DNA of 64,000 bases from Cetorhinus maximus (lineage: Eukaryota). Under the pieces are notes generated by a model that made no database searches, had not been told where the DNA came from, and saw nothing but the letters and a program-made list of their open reading frames with translations. The translations under genes and the position numbers were made by a program. Shown piece by piece: positions 37,371 to 50,329 of the stretch. The stretch is taken from positions 2,418,001-2,482,000 of the forward strand of contig NW_027596099.1 in assembly GCF_964194155.1 (NCBI RefSeq). The letters are read 5' to 3'. Positions within the stretch are counted from its first letter, which is position 1. Each line of letters begins with the position of its first letter.

Positions 37371-38961
37371 TCAGGAACTAAAACGACTGGGAGCAGAGGA
37401 GTTGGGGTGCATATTTAGAAAGTGCAGGCGCCGAAAATCCAGAGCAAACATTTAGAAAAGTGTGCTAGCTGAGTCGGCGGTGTGGGCATTTAGTAATTCA
37501 GGCCCTAAGCAGACATTGCGAGGAGATCAGAAACATTGTAGCTACTCAAAAGACGGATCACGTATCCTTTGCTGTAAGAGCAATTGAAGATTAACAATAA
37601 TTGTTTTTCTTGCCAGTTATGCCCCTCATGCCATGACCGAATCTGTCGTGTTTTTAATGTTAATTTATTCAAGGACAGCGGTTGTAGTTTTCTATTTAAT
37701 GCCACTTTAATTGGCAGTTGTTCTGGCCAAACATTATACCGGGTGATTAGGGTGGTTAATTAGGAATCGTCAAGACGATTTTAGATTAATATCTGAGAAA
37801 AGCGAATGACGCAGAAAACAGGGAGAAGCCGGAGGAGTGGCTGCCGGCTGCAACTTCCTTCAAAGCGACAGTAAGGAAAGGACGGGTCAAATGGTCTGCT
37901 TCTGTGCTGTAGCCTGTCTATGGTTGCATTCTACGAACGGCATATAAGTTAAGTAAATTATAAGAATATGCGACGAGAGGAATTACATTATATTTTTTCA
38001 CGTTCAATACGCGTAGGTATACAAAGAAGGAAGTTGATGGTAGGGCCATGTGTGATCAGAAGTTTCTTGGCTGGGAATTCGTGCTGATACCTGGTTGAAG
38101 TGTCACTCGCTATATTGATGAGTGGATATTAAGTTAAACATATTAAAACATTCGAGAATTATAATAACAGCCATTTGATGGCTGTGAATGTGAAAGGACC
38201 AGATAACATGAAAGAGAGAGTGTTGTGAATGAGCATGTGGCGAGGAGGTAGACGCATTAATCGTCAAAAAACAAGCATGAGCTATTTGCGCTTTCAAATG
38301 AATCGTAGGGAAATCGAATTTAAAAGTTTTGAATCCAATATATAGAACCGTCTCTCAGCCCTATCGATCATGTGAATGTGTGACCAATTGCGCCAATACC
38401 CGTCCTTACACAAAACACGTGATGACCAGGCCTTCCTTGTTTTAAACATGCGAGGTATATGGAACTCTGAGAAGCAGCTCATTGTGCAACTGTCCGATAT
38501 TTGGAGGGTGCCAGACTTTATTAAACATGTTCTGAAAATTCCCCCTATGTAGTATTTGGCCCAGAAGAGACGTTGTAGGAAATTTGTGACGTTTGTCCAT
38601 GGTACATTTGTCGAGTTATCGTGATCAAGCTGGTGATGTTTGGGGTGTTCTCTTGTTGATCAGAACAACGGTTCCAATGAACACCAGGCTGTCAGAATAT
38701 GGCATCACAATTCACCCTTTCAAACTCCTCCACGCTAACAGGGGCTGTTCAGTATTTTTATTATTATTTATTATTATTATCACAACTTACAATTCACCAT
38801 TGATTACACCATACTGTGAAAAGTAGTTCAATTTGACATGATATTATAAACGAGCATTTTTAGTAGGATATTATTTTATCCAGTGTGCTTAAACGTTGTT
38901 ACAAGCATTTTGATAACATGAGTGAATTTCAGGGCACAAAGTTTATGTCCCCCTGTATATG

Positions 38962-39866
38962 TCAATGTGTTTTCAGCTGCAATTTGTCAAATTTTACGCC
39001 CAATTTCACAAGCCACTGCATTCCGCTCTTCAGCTCCTCCCTAAACTTAGCCTGTGTCAGCACATAAATGAATGTATTTGTGCAGCAACTGAGGACACCA
39101 AGCATGGATCCAATTGACTCAAGCTCATTTGTGTCAGAATTCGATATGTTTGTTACACGCAGAGAGATGAAATATATAACCGGAGTTGTCCAGAGGAATA
39201 TAAAGCTGCCGGTTATACTGAAGAGTAAAATAATGGACTTTCTTCGGCTTTCTATTTCAGAATCCTTGTGATGTTCTCCATTGCTGCAACCGTGGAGACC
39301 CCTTCGCAATTTACTGGCCGCCAAAATACGTCTAGCCGTCAAAATATTTAGCAACACAATTAGAATGAATGGAGCACAAGGGGTCATGGTAATGCTAAAC
39401 AAGTCAAATGCGGCCCATTCAGCAGAAACGAAAAATGTCTGTTTTAGGACACACCCACGATTTACATTGTCCATTATAAACGCAGGTTCAAATGCAAAGT
39501 ACCAGGGAATGTTTATCAAACAACTCAACACACTCATCACTGATATGACAGCTACCGCTGTTCTCTCCGTGCAATATTTTTTTCGGAGCTTCTTACAACA
39601 TATGACCACAAAACGATCGAAGGTGAACACCACTGTTAACCAAAAAGAGGCTGATGTGACTACATAAGTCAGTGTCACAGTTAGATGGCACACCGTGCTC
39701 ATGGTCAAGAATGAAACAGGGAAATACATATTCAGCGTATTGTTCAGTATGACTTCAGCACAAACAACCAGGAGATCCGCCGCGGCCATGGCGATCATAT
39801 AGTGGGTAATACATTTGGAGAGGCCACACTTTCCACGGGAAAGAATCACAATAGCAGCAACATTAG
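38962..39866 (-). CDS. GPR139/GPR142-like class A GPCR, copy B, coding exon 2
   Basis: Intact seven-TM frame with DRF and NTFIY motifs. Acceptor ctcttacag|CT at 39867. Exon is 905 nt; the junction reads GVP|ANVAAI. Confidence 0.93.
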
Positions 39867-42800
39867 CTGTAAGAGAGGAATAGAGAGAGCAGGAGATAGA
39901 CGACACAGATGGACATAATTAATTTTCTTCCTGTTACAGCAAAGGATCGTGCATTTGACCCAAATATGCACAGTCTGCTTTCCGAGGTGAATATGTTCTA
40001 AATGTAAACTGGACCTACTCAAAGTGGATAGGGAAGAGAAACATCAGTTGATAATTCGCCTTTTGAAAGGAACATCTTCAACGTAGACTGGACAACTATT
40101 GTTCAATAACGATTGAGATTGCTGAGGGCAAATGTGACCTGGACAATTTGAATGCACGCAAACGGCTGGGCATGCTGAATATTAAAAGATAAATGGGAGG
40201 TGTAAAGTGTCAATTCATGTGTGTTGGTACAGTGTGAATTTGGAAATGAATGCGCAAAATTGAATCTAGGCCAAGTAGAATTATACTGTGGAAGAGCTAG
40301 TGGTGAAATGCGTGTTGGTTAGTCTATAGATGCGATAAGTACTGGGAATGATTACTGTGCTAGAGGACTTACAGCTTGAAGGTAAAATATTGCCCAGGGG
40401 CAAGAACATACTTTAAACGCTTGAAGGGGTAAAGATGGAATGGTAAAAACACAGGAACAGAAAATGGACACTGAGCTACATAAAAGACCAGCATAGATGA
40501 GGCCGAATGCAAGTTTACACAGGAGTATTCACAGTGGCGGTACAATGACAATCAGTACAAGGTGACATTCTTAAGCAGGTTCCCATGGATAAGTTTTATT
40601 CGGGGATGAGAGTTGATCAGTCCTGTGTTTTAAGTCAGACTGAGTAATCTGAGATGGATATGCTGGCTGGGCAGTGTGCAGGATTATTTCAGGTGAATGC
40701 GTCGCTAATTCATTGCAGAAAGAGGGAAGCAACATTGCTATGCAGAATGGGTGCAGTCAGTGCTTATCAAGAGGGCAGTTTAATGGCGGACTTGGAAAGG
40801 CGACATTGCTATCAGATTAAGTGAGCAATATTTATTGGCCATTGGGGCACATTTCTTGCAAAGCATAGTGAATGTCCTATTGGATGATGTGGTTCTAGTG
40901 AGGTCATAACTAGCATTTTGCTTGCGAGTAGACAGGACAGTGTTCCCATTAATTGATCGGCTGCAGAACAAATCACTTTGTTGCCGAAAGGGCAGAAGGG
41001 AGTCACTTGCGCCTCAAGCACAGCATCTGTGCGAAGTGATTTGAAATGTGAAGCTGAAATTTGATTTTTTCTGGGCACCAAGTGCAGAAGGTCGCGATAA
41101 AAATTGACCATGATGGGCACTTCGATGTGACACTGTAGTTAAATATATGTTCAGAAAAGTGCAATTACGAATTGTTGTTTACCTGACAATAAAGACCTAA
41201 CTCCTAACACACCCATGTTTAAAGTAACATCCTCTACAGCTTATTTCATTTCAGATTGGCCAGGTTCATAAAACACGTGAATCTTAGCTTTATTTCTTAA
41301 AATGCATATTTCGTTTTTTCAAAATGCCGGAACCTTTTTAGAGAATTAGCCAAGTTATTCAATGCTGCATTATTATAAAAAAGATTAACTTCAGACATTT
41401 ATACTGATTACTGATGAAGTTAAATGATCTCTATAAATCAAGTGGAATTGACGTGAGCCTCAGATAATCACGGTTGCATTATTATTTCAGTTGTTTACTC
41501 AGTAAAGAGCCACTTGAATTTTGAAGAATATATTTTCTGACTGAATCTCACTGAACTAATTTGTAGGTGCCAGATATGTACTAACTTGCTGCGCACGTTT
41601 ATTAGATTATTTACGACATTATAAAGCAAGTTAAATAACTCTAGCCTGAATTATTATCGAAAATAGTTAATCGACTCGCTGCCGAAATTTTGTTTGTAGT
41701 TCTGGTGGCGCTGCTATAGGATAGGATGTCATGGCTCTGGCAAGGGTGCAGAATAACTTTCCTACTGAAATCTCCGGTCAGATTTGGGAGGCACAGAGTA
41801 GTGAACGGATAATGCACATTATCAAAATAATAGGATGAGTAGATAGAGAGTTATTTCAAGCACCAACTGGTTTCAAAGCTATGCAACATGGTGCAGACTG
41901 AACGTAGATATTTCGCAAACTTGAACCCAGGGAAACAACAATGCATTGAACGTCTATAAACGTGTTGGTGAATTAACATTTTGGATCATATTATTTCGGT
42001 AAGTTGTTGGTTAATGATTCAGATGAACTTTGAATAAAGTAAGGCGATTTAGTCGGATAAAGATAAACAGCTTTTTTACATTTTTGGATCAGATTTCAAG
42101 TTGGCAAGCTTTGGCCACGCAAACAAAAAAAAATATCTATTCGCGTTACATACACACTTATCATACATACATACACATTATCAGCATTTGAAACTGTACT
42201 TTTCAGTACTTTAAATAAGGAAACATTTTAAGACATACATTTATTCAAACAATTATATGATGAATCAGCCAATGTTTCAACAAATTAACTATCAAAAATA
42301 TTATCCAATAAATTATCAATATATTTCCAGAATTTTCCTCTGAATTAAGCGTTGGAATGCCGCAATAATGAACCACCCAATTATCTCCCTAATTAAATAG
42401 TGACCTATCCAAAACATTATCCACTATTTAGCCAGCATATTAAGTATACAGTCAACAAATATATTATCAACATTATTCCCTGCTAAATAAACTAAAGAAA
42501 TGAACATGTATATATGCTACAGAATTACTCATTACTCTCTGCAACTGCAATCTGCTTCTGACCTGTTATTGATTTGCTGTTTGGGATAAGGAACATGGAC
42601 CAGGTGTGCAGTGCACTTTGGTTTATGTGCCTCTTGGTGTGGTTACTGCAAACACCCGAGTCTGAAGAACTACAGAGCGATGGAGTTTCCTCCAGGGTCC
42701 CAAATGCATATCACTTTAACAGCAACGTTCTATTCGCAATGTAACTATAAAATAACAATTTTCTATAGCATCTTTTGCATGCAAAACAGATCTTTAAGAT

Positions 42801-42999
42801 TCATTTCGGCGAATTTGTGAATGTTGTGGCGAACGCACCACCGAGTGTGATCCACTGAATTGTTTTTTTGATTATGACACTTTGCTGCAGGCTCGATAGC
42901 AGCAGTTACACTAGAGAAGTGACAGAAATCCTCCGGTGCAGGTTCAAAACGCTAATCGTTATTTAAGATCATAAAGAAACATTATAATAATTAGACAGC

Positions 43000-43728
43000 G
43001 GCCTGGATTTTACGTTTTTCGCAGCGTGAGTTTGGAGAAATGTAAAATTATCCCTTTTCCTACTCACCCTCCCTTAAACCACCTCCCGCTCCAAAATTCA
43101 TTAAATTCCCACGGGGAGGAGCCATTGAGTAATGCAAAATGAGGTCTGCGTCCAATCGGCATTGAATGCCTGAACATCGTGCGGCAGAGTGTAATGCTGT
43201 GATCAGAAAGTCGGTATGGCTGCAAGCTCAAGACCACCTGCTCTCAGAAACTGTTTTTTAAAAAAGTTTTTCGTTTAATGCTCAGGCAAGAAACAAAAAA
43301 GTGAAAAACAAACATGAAGGCGCTGCCACCTTCCCCAGCACAATCTGTTGCTACATTTAATCATGGTCCCGGAGCCAGAACCTCTCATCCGCGCGATTGT
43401 CATTTGATGGTAGCTTCCTAGAAACATTTTATTTTTCTCTCGTCTGGGCCACGGCAAGTGCAAAGCACGAATCAAGAAAACATACGATTGTGCCGTTCAC
43501 AAACTCAATAACTTGCCCTTTAGAAACTTGTAAAAGGTGGGCCCGCCCGTTCTCCACCTGCAACTGGGAGATTCATGTACGTGACGTCATTATACCCGAT
43601 GCACGTCATTGATCTTCGTGCGGATTCGGCATTTTTCACGGGGGTGGGTGGTGCGGAGTGGGGGTTTTGGGGGTGAGGGTTGGTGGGGGAGGGGTGGCGG
43701 CTGAGATTTGCGGACGAAAATTCCAGCC
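43000..43728. mobile_element. MITE / non-autonomous DNA transposon in the intron (copy A at about 17320-18034 has lost its left TIR)
   Basis: Imperfect terminal inverted repeats GGCCTGGATTTTAC (43000) and CGAAAATTCCAGCC (ending 43728), with a C-rich left and G-rich right subterminal region. No ORF. Confidence 0.55.
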
Positions 43729-46700
43729 AATCGTTTTGGTTAAACATTTAGATATTCAGAAGTGAATCAAAATATACGATCTCAGTTAGGGGCCAGTGTT
43801 CTCCGAAATAATTTACATTTAAACATGCATTTTGTGGTTACTCTTTGTTGAGTTCGAACAAAAAAACAGCCATGGCCGTCATTTCAATACAAAAATCACA
43901 TCAATATTCATAGATTCGTCATCATGCAGCATTTTCTTTTCTTTGGATATATTGACAAGATTAGCACATTTATTTCCGTTTTCACTAATTCTTCTTGAAA
44001 ATAAGGGCTTTCTAGTGTTGCAGTCCATGTGAAGCGGGTACAGACACAATGCTACGAGCGATGGATTTCCAGGTTTTTGATCCAGTGACTGTCAGGGAAC
44101 GGTGATCTATCTCCACGTCAGCTTGGTGTGTGACTTGGAAAGGATTGTGTAATTAAGAGTGTTCCCATGCCTCTTCTACTCTTGTCCTTTCAGTCATTCG
44201 AGGTCAAATATGTCCACAGCAGCAGCGATCAGACCTAATAACGCAGCTTAACCTGGTGAATTGCAAGACAGGGCTACTTGCCAGCAAAACAGCGTATTCA
44301 GCATGAGAAAGACAGGGCTCATTGATCCCCCCACCAAATAACGACAGCTCAGCTCTGAAGTCCAGTCACAGTCGCCTTGAATGGTGCTGGAAAGTTCTGC
44401 ACCTCACTGGTTGGCGGCTTCCACCAATATCCCCATCGGCAATAATTGTGGAGTGCAGCGCACCAGTGCATATACATGACTGAAGGATTTGCACCCACAG
44501 TCACCCTGAAGTGACGGGTGGAGGAACAATCCCGGCCTCCTCTTACCGTTGACAAGCATCGCAGATGCCAGTCTTCATATAATGTGATTCTCAGCACTTG
44601 AATTTAAGGAATGACTGAAGGAACTGGATGATGCAGAGTCAATGGGTCATTTGAGATGATGCCAGAAGCACGGGAGATCAGTGCTGCTGAATAAATCTTC
44701 CTATCAAAGCTGGTAAGGTGCATCTAAGTTAATGGCATCTAGGCGAAAATGTGAGCATTTTCACAGGTATGCCTATCCACACAAAAAAACACGGCAAATC
44801 CAACCAATCTAATTGCAGCCCCATCTGCCTACACTTCATCATGATCAATGGGATGAAAATTATCCTGGACAATGCTTTCAATTGCCAAGTACTCGGCAGC
44901 AAACTGCTCACTGATGCTCACTTTTTGCATCGTGCGAGCTCCAGCTCTCGGTTCGCCTTGGTCCAAACATGGTCAAAAGTGCTTTATTCAAAAGGTGAGG
45001 AGAGAGGGGCTGTGTTTTATATCAAGACAGCATGTGTCACACAATCGTATCAAGGAGGGCTATGAAAATTGCAGTCAATAAGAATAAGGGGTAACTTCCA
45101 AATTGCTTGGAGTTATATATACCAAGCAAAAAGGTTGTTATTTTTTTTTGTTTTGCAGGTGAATCATCTCAGCCCCATGACATAACTGGGCGAGAGCCTG
45201 AGGGCAGTGTCCTGAGCCCAACCATCTTAAGCTGTTGCATCAATGAACTTCTCTCCATTTTAAACACAGAAGGAGTTTGGTGTGGTGGGGAGGGGATGGG
45301 TTTGTGGGAAGGGGGTTGTGTCCGCTGTTCATTGTTTAAAGTTCGGCACCATTCCCGACACAACAGATGCTGATTAAATCCGTGCCCATGTGCATCAAGA
45401 CCTGGGCAATAGCTAGAATTGTGCTGAAAAATGACAGGTAATGTTCGCCCCAACAAAATTTAAAGGCAATGACCACCTGCAGCAAAAGAACATCCAATAG
45501 AGTACCGTTGAGATTTAATGGCATAAGCATCGCTTAAGACCCCATTTTCAACATCCTTGGACAAAGCATTGACCAGAAACCGTGACCAGAAGGGCAGGTC
45601 AGCATCTGAAAATGCTGTGGTGAGCAACACACCCCCGACTCTCCAAAACCTTTCCTCCATCTAAAATGCACGAATCAGGAGTGTGATGGGATACACTACA
45701 CCTGTCCAGATGATTTACGCTTCTATAGAATTCAAGGATATTGACTTAATCCAGGACAAAGCAGACTGCTTGATTTGCAATCATTCCGTAAACTTAATGA
45801 TTTAAGCCATTTATCCTTATCTGAATAATTCTTCTTACTGTTTTTAAAGTTCATATACATCATCAGCAATCATCTGAGTGACATAATCGTATCTAAAAGG
45901 TGCATTATCCATCCAATTTCTCGGTATCGCTCAATTGCATTACTGCTTTCCTAAATACCATTTTGCAACAGTTTCAGTGTGCACAATTTTTCAGATCCTT
46001 GAGAGCACGTGGTACTTAAATGAAATCTCATGACATCATGTAATACATGGGCAATGAATATCCCCTCCTGCTGACCACCTCCCGTTCCCATCGGCGGATG
46101 AATCAATGATCATGAACCAAGGGGAATGAGACGGGAAAAAAAAAAGTGCTTTACTTCGGGGGCTTCGATATCTGTGAGCAAGAGAGGATCGCTAGCTCCA
46201 CTAATGGCCGAGCTGGCCGAGGCATAAAGATAACTGCTAGACTGGGTCTTTGGCAGGTGGTCAGGAAACCAACCAGGCGCAAAATTGAATTCGCTCCACC
46301 AAATTAACCATCACATGTGCAACTGTCCATTAAAGGATTGATAGGAATGGCCACCGCAAGGTCCTCGTGCAGAGGAATTCCACCTTCACATTCGGGATTC
46401 TCTCCACCGTTTTTTGTGAGACAACCATTGTGCTAAATGGGGTAAATTTCACCTTGTTCAACAACTCAAAAGTGCGCATTCACGAGACACTGTGGACCAT
46501 CAGCTGCAGATGATTTGTGCAGAAGCATGATTTGTAACTCCAAGCCCAGCGTATCCCCAACTCTGCATTTTTCATGTGCAGTGTTTATGGTGATGTTTGT
46601 GGTGCCGGTCAAGCATTCTACTTTTCTCCTTTTGTGCAGATTTCATTAGGTGTTGCTGTAGCTCTGCGACAAGGAATGTTCAACAGGTTACTTCTTGAAT

Positions 46701-48313
46701 TACTGGGATTTAGATGGGATTGTCCTATGTGGAGTCATTGATGAGACTCATCCTCTGCTTTCTGGAGCATGGGCTAAAATAAAGTGATCTCACTGAAGCA
46801 TTCACCTTTCTTATAAGTTTCGGTGGTGTAGATTATTGATGGATGTTTCCCCTGGCGGGTCTGTCTAAAACCAGGAAAAGCAATATCAGAATAAGAGGTC
46901 TGCATTTAGGACTGAGATGAGGAAGAATTTCATCACTCAGGGTGGGGTAAATTTTCGAAATAATGTACTGCACCCTCGGCAGATTTGCAGTCATTGAGTT
47001 TGTTGAAGGTGCTGATGATTTGATTTCTCAATATTAAATGCATACAAATATCTGAGATAGTGCATGGAATATCGTGGAGGCACATTTCCAGCCATGACAT
47101 ACTTGAGTAGTGGAGCACACTCGTGCGGCCAAATAGACAACTTCTACTCGTATTTCCTATGCTCCTCTGTCCCTTTGTCAGTGCCACCATGTAACGTGGC
47201 AATGTGAGTTTCCCAAATCCACAGGGGATTCCGACAATGCTTAATATCATTCCACAGCAATTCCCAATGTAAATCAGAAATATTTGGAAGCAGGGTTTTT
47301 AACAGCAAGAAGTGGAGGGCTAGAAACTGAAATGTGCTGAATAATGAGAACCAGATAACTATTCGGAGTGCTACTGTGTTCCAAAATCGGACCACCTCAG
47401 TCTCAGTTAGAAACCTCCGTGCTGAAATAGATGTTTGACTACTTACTTGAGAACAAACTTCTCGGCTAATGCTCCATTGGCGTAGTGAAGTAGTTCTGCA
47501 CTATCGGATATTGTAACTTTCAGAACAGATGTCAAATCGATTCATAGGGTAAACGTCAAAGAATCTATGCCACTATTTCGCTGAACAACATTGTCGTAGC
47601 CCCTTGCGTCGTGACCAGTATTTAAACCTCGGCTAAAGAACACAAAAACGGTCATATTGTCATTGTCAACTTGCTGCTTGTGGAAGCTTCCCGACCAAAA
47701 ATTTCCGGTCACCTTTTGCGTTACTGCAGTGACTACACTTCATGTAAATTCATTAGGGTGGTCGATAAATGAGGCTATAGAAATGCATGTATTTCAATAG
47801 AAAACTGACTAAGACATCGGAATGTCTTCAGCGCGCACAGTAATCTGTTTCACCCAGACTTCCAGATATCCTCTCTGCATACAGATTAGTAAAAGCATCG
47901 CTGTGGTAATGAGTATGTGATTTTACAGGGATTCCGTTCCTTTAAATATTCGAAAATGGATGAAAACCATTAGCAAAGGCTTCAAGTATTTGAAGCAGAA
48001 TTTTGCAGGATGCGAATTTGCATCTGCACAGATTTTCACAGATTGTGTTTTCTACAAGTTTAAACTCGGTTTGCAGTTGATTATGACAATTAGTGCAGAG
48101 CCCACCCTGTTACATGACATTCCGTAAAGCAAGAATAAGGTGTTAGCAGTGGATACCACGGAATGAAAGATACAGAACAAAAAGAAATCTGTTAACGTTA
48201 TGGATAAACATACATCCTTGCTTTGATTACTCCCCAATAATAAAGAAACAATTCCATGTTATCGGAACGCCAACATCCATTTATACAGGTAATGGTTGTA
48301 TTTAGGCTCTTAC

Positions 48314-48383
48314 CAGGAACACCAATAGCCGCCAGAATAGGATAGTAAATGGCTTTTAACTGGTGAAGTATCACTTCTCCCAT
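48314..48383 (-). CDS. GPR139/GPR142-like GPCR, copy B, coding exon 1
   Basis: ATG at 48383. Encodes MGEVILHQLKAIYYPILAAIGVP plus 1 nt, then the donor CCTG|GTAAGA. Intron is 8447 nt. Confidence 0.9.
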
Positions 48384-50329
48384 GTTTATGAGATGTCTTT
48401 CCTGCAGAGATGGATGCACAAGATGGAATAAACGTGTGAGCTGAAGCATAAAAATCCCCTTCTTCTCTAAATTCATTTCAGGAAAATAAAATAAACACGT
48501 TAAAATTACAGGAGATTCGGAGGAAATGCCACATTAATTATTCTAGGGCATCAGGTTAAAACTGGCAAGACAGCATTCATAACAGGGAACAGAGAAAAGC
48601 TGTTAAATTTACCTAACATTGAACCATTTAGTTAACTAATCAAACCCACGGCCGCTAAGATCTAGAAAGACAAAGGCTACATGAACAGGGGAATGCCACT
48701 CGCTGAACGTTCCTCTCCCAGCCACTCATCGCCCTGGTTCGGAAAAATATCGCCGTTCCTTCACTGTCTCTGTGTCAAAATAATGGACCCCCACCACCAC
48801 CCGCCCCGCTAACAATACCGTGGGTGTAACTGCACCACAAAGACCGCAGTAGCTCACCACCGACTTCACAAGGGGAATTAGAGATGGGCAATAATTGCTG
48901 GCCCTTTCAGCGTTGCCCTCATCCATGAATGGAAATAAGGACAGAAATCTATATTATTCGTCCGAGAGCATGTTAATAAACGTACATCGGAAAACGAGAG
49001 CTTCGAGAATGGGTTTGTAAATGGCCCGTATCTGATGAAGTACAGCAAATTATATCCTCGGTGAGAAGCGCTAACTCCTGTTGAAACAGATACACCGAGC
49101 CTGTTGGAAAATATGAAATGTGACATTCAGAGAAACTGTTATGTAGGCAGCAGATTAATCCCCATGAGCGCATTCATGTCCCCTAAAGAAATCAATTAGT
49201 TTCAGTCATTGAACAAACATGTTACGTCAATCGCTGTCATTGTGAAAGGCACCGTTTCAAAGTGAAACGTCGAACATTAGAATGCTGTGTGTGGCCAATA
49301 CAATTGAAGGGGCTATATTTTAACTAGCCATGGGTAGATCCCATAGTGGATAGTTATGGCGGCAAATGATTGACCCACAGAGCGATGTTGGGAATCAAAT
49401 TGTTACTAATTTAGATCAAAATGATTCGAGGAAACTCAATCGGCCTGAACCGCCAGGAGAAGTAGTGGGGAAATTTCAGATTTTCATCACTGTTTTGCTT
49501 ATCGGGACCCATTCTATGTTCCAACAGGGCACATGTCTGATGTATGTCTTTGTCATTTAATCTTCCAGAGGGATCTCAAACGCTGACCAGATCTTTCCGT
49601 GGATTCCTCTGGCACTGACATTTCCATCATTGACTTGACCTACATTCTGTGTCATTGCACATAAATTTGCACCATTCTGCCTGGAAATTATAAACGCAAC
49701 TATAGGACCTGGAAGGTTGGTGTTGGTGGTGACCTGATGTGCAATAGAAAGTGTCTGGAGAAGGCTTTTGTTTTCTCAACCGAAATATTTCAAAATAATG
49801 CGTTCAAGATAATCCAACCCCATACACCCTCAGTAACAATTCCCCACGCCATGCAATCCTCCTGGTCACCCACTCACATAGTACATCCAGAGTGATGCTT
49901 GAACTGAATGAAAAACAATTTTTTGAATATAATAATGGGATATCTAGAGTACATCGCTGGGAGGGTATTCCACGATTAACATTTAACTTTTCGGCCTCAA
50001 ATGTCTTCTGCAGGCAATCATTAGCTGATCGATGCACTGATTATAATGAGCCGCAATCGAAGGCGCCTCCGGCATTGGTGTGGGCTGCATTTAAAAACAG
50101 ATTAGTTAAGGCCAGTAGGTCATTCGGCCCCTTGAGCCTGTTCTACAACTCGGAAAGCTCATGGTTTATCTGATAGTGGCCTCAGCCGCGCCGTCCTGCC
50201 TGCTCTCCCCCAAACAGCGTCGTAAACCGGCCCCCTCCGCCAACTCCCTCACAACACACACTTACATCCTCATGACCCGAGTCTCCCTTATTGGTCAATG
50301 AAATATCCAACTCAGCAATGAATATGCGA

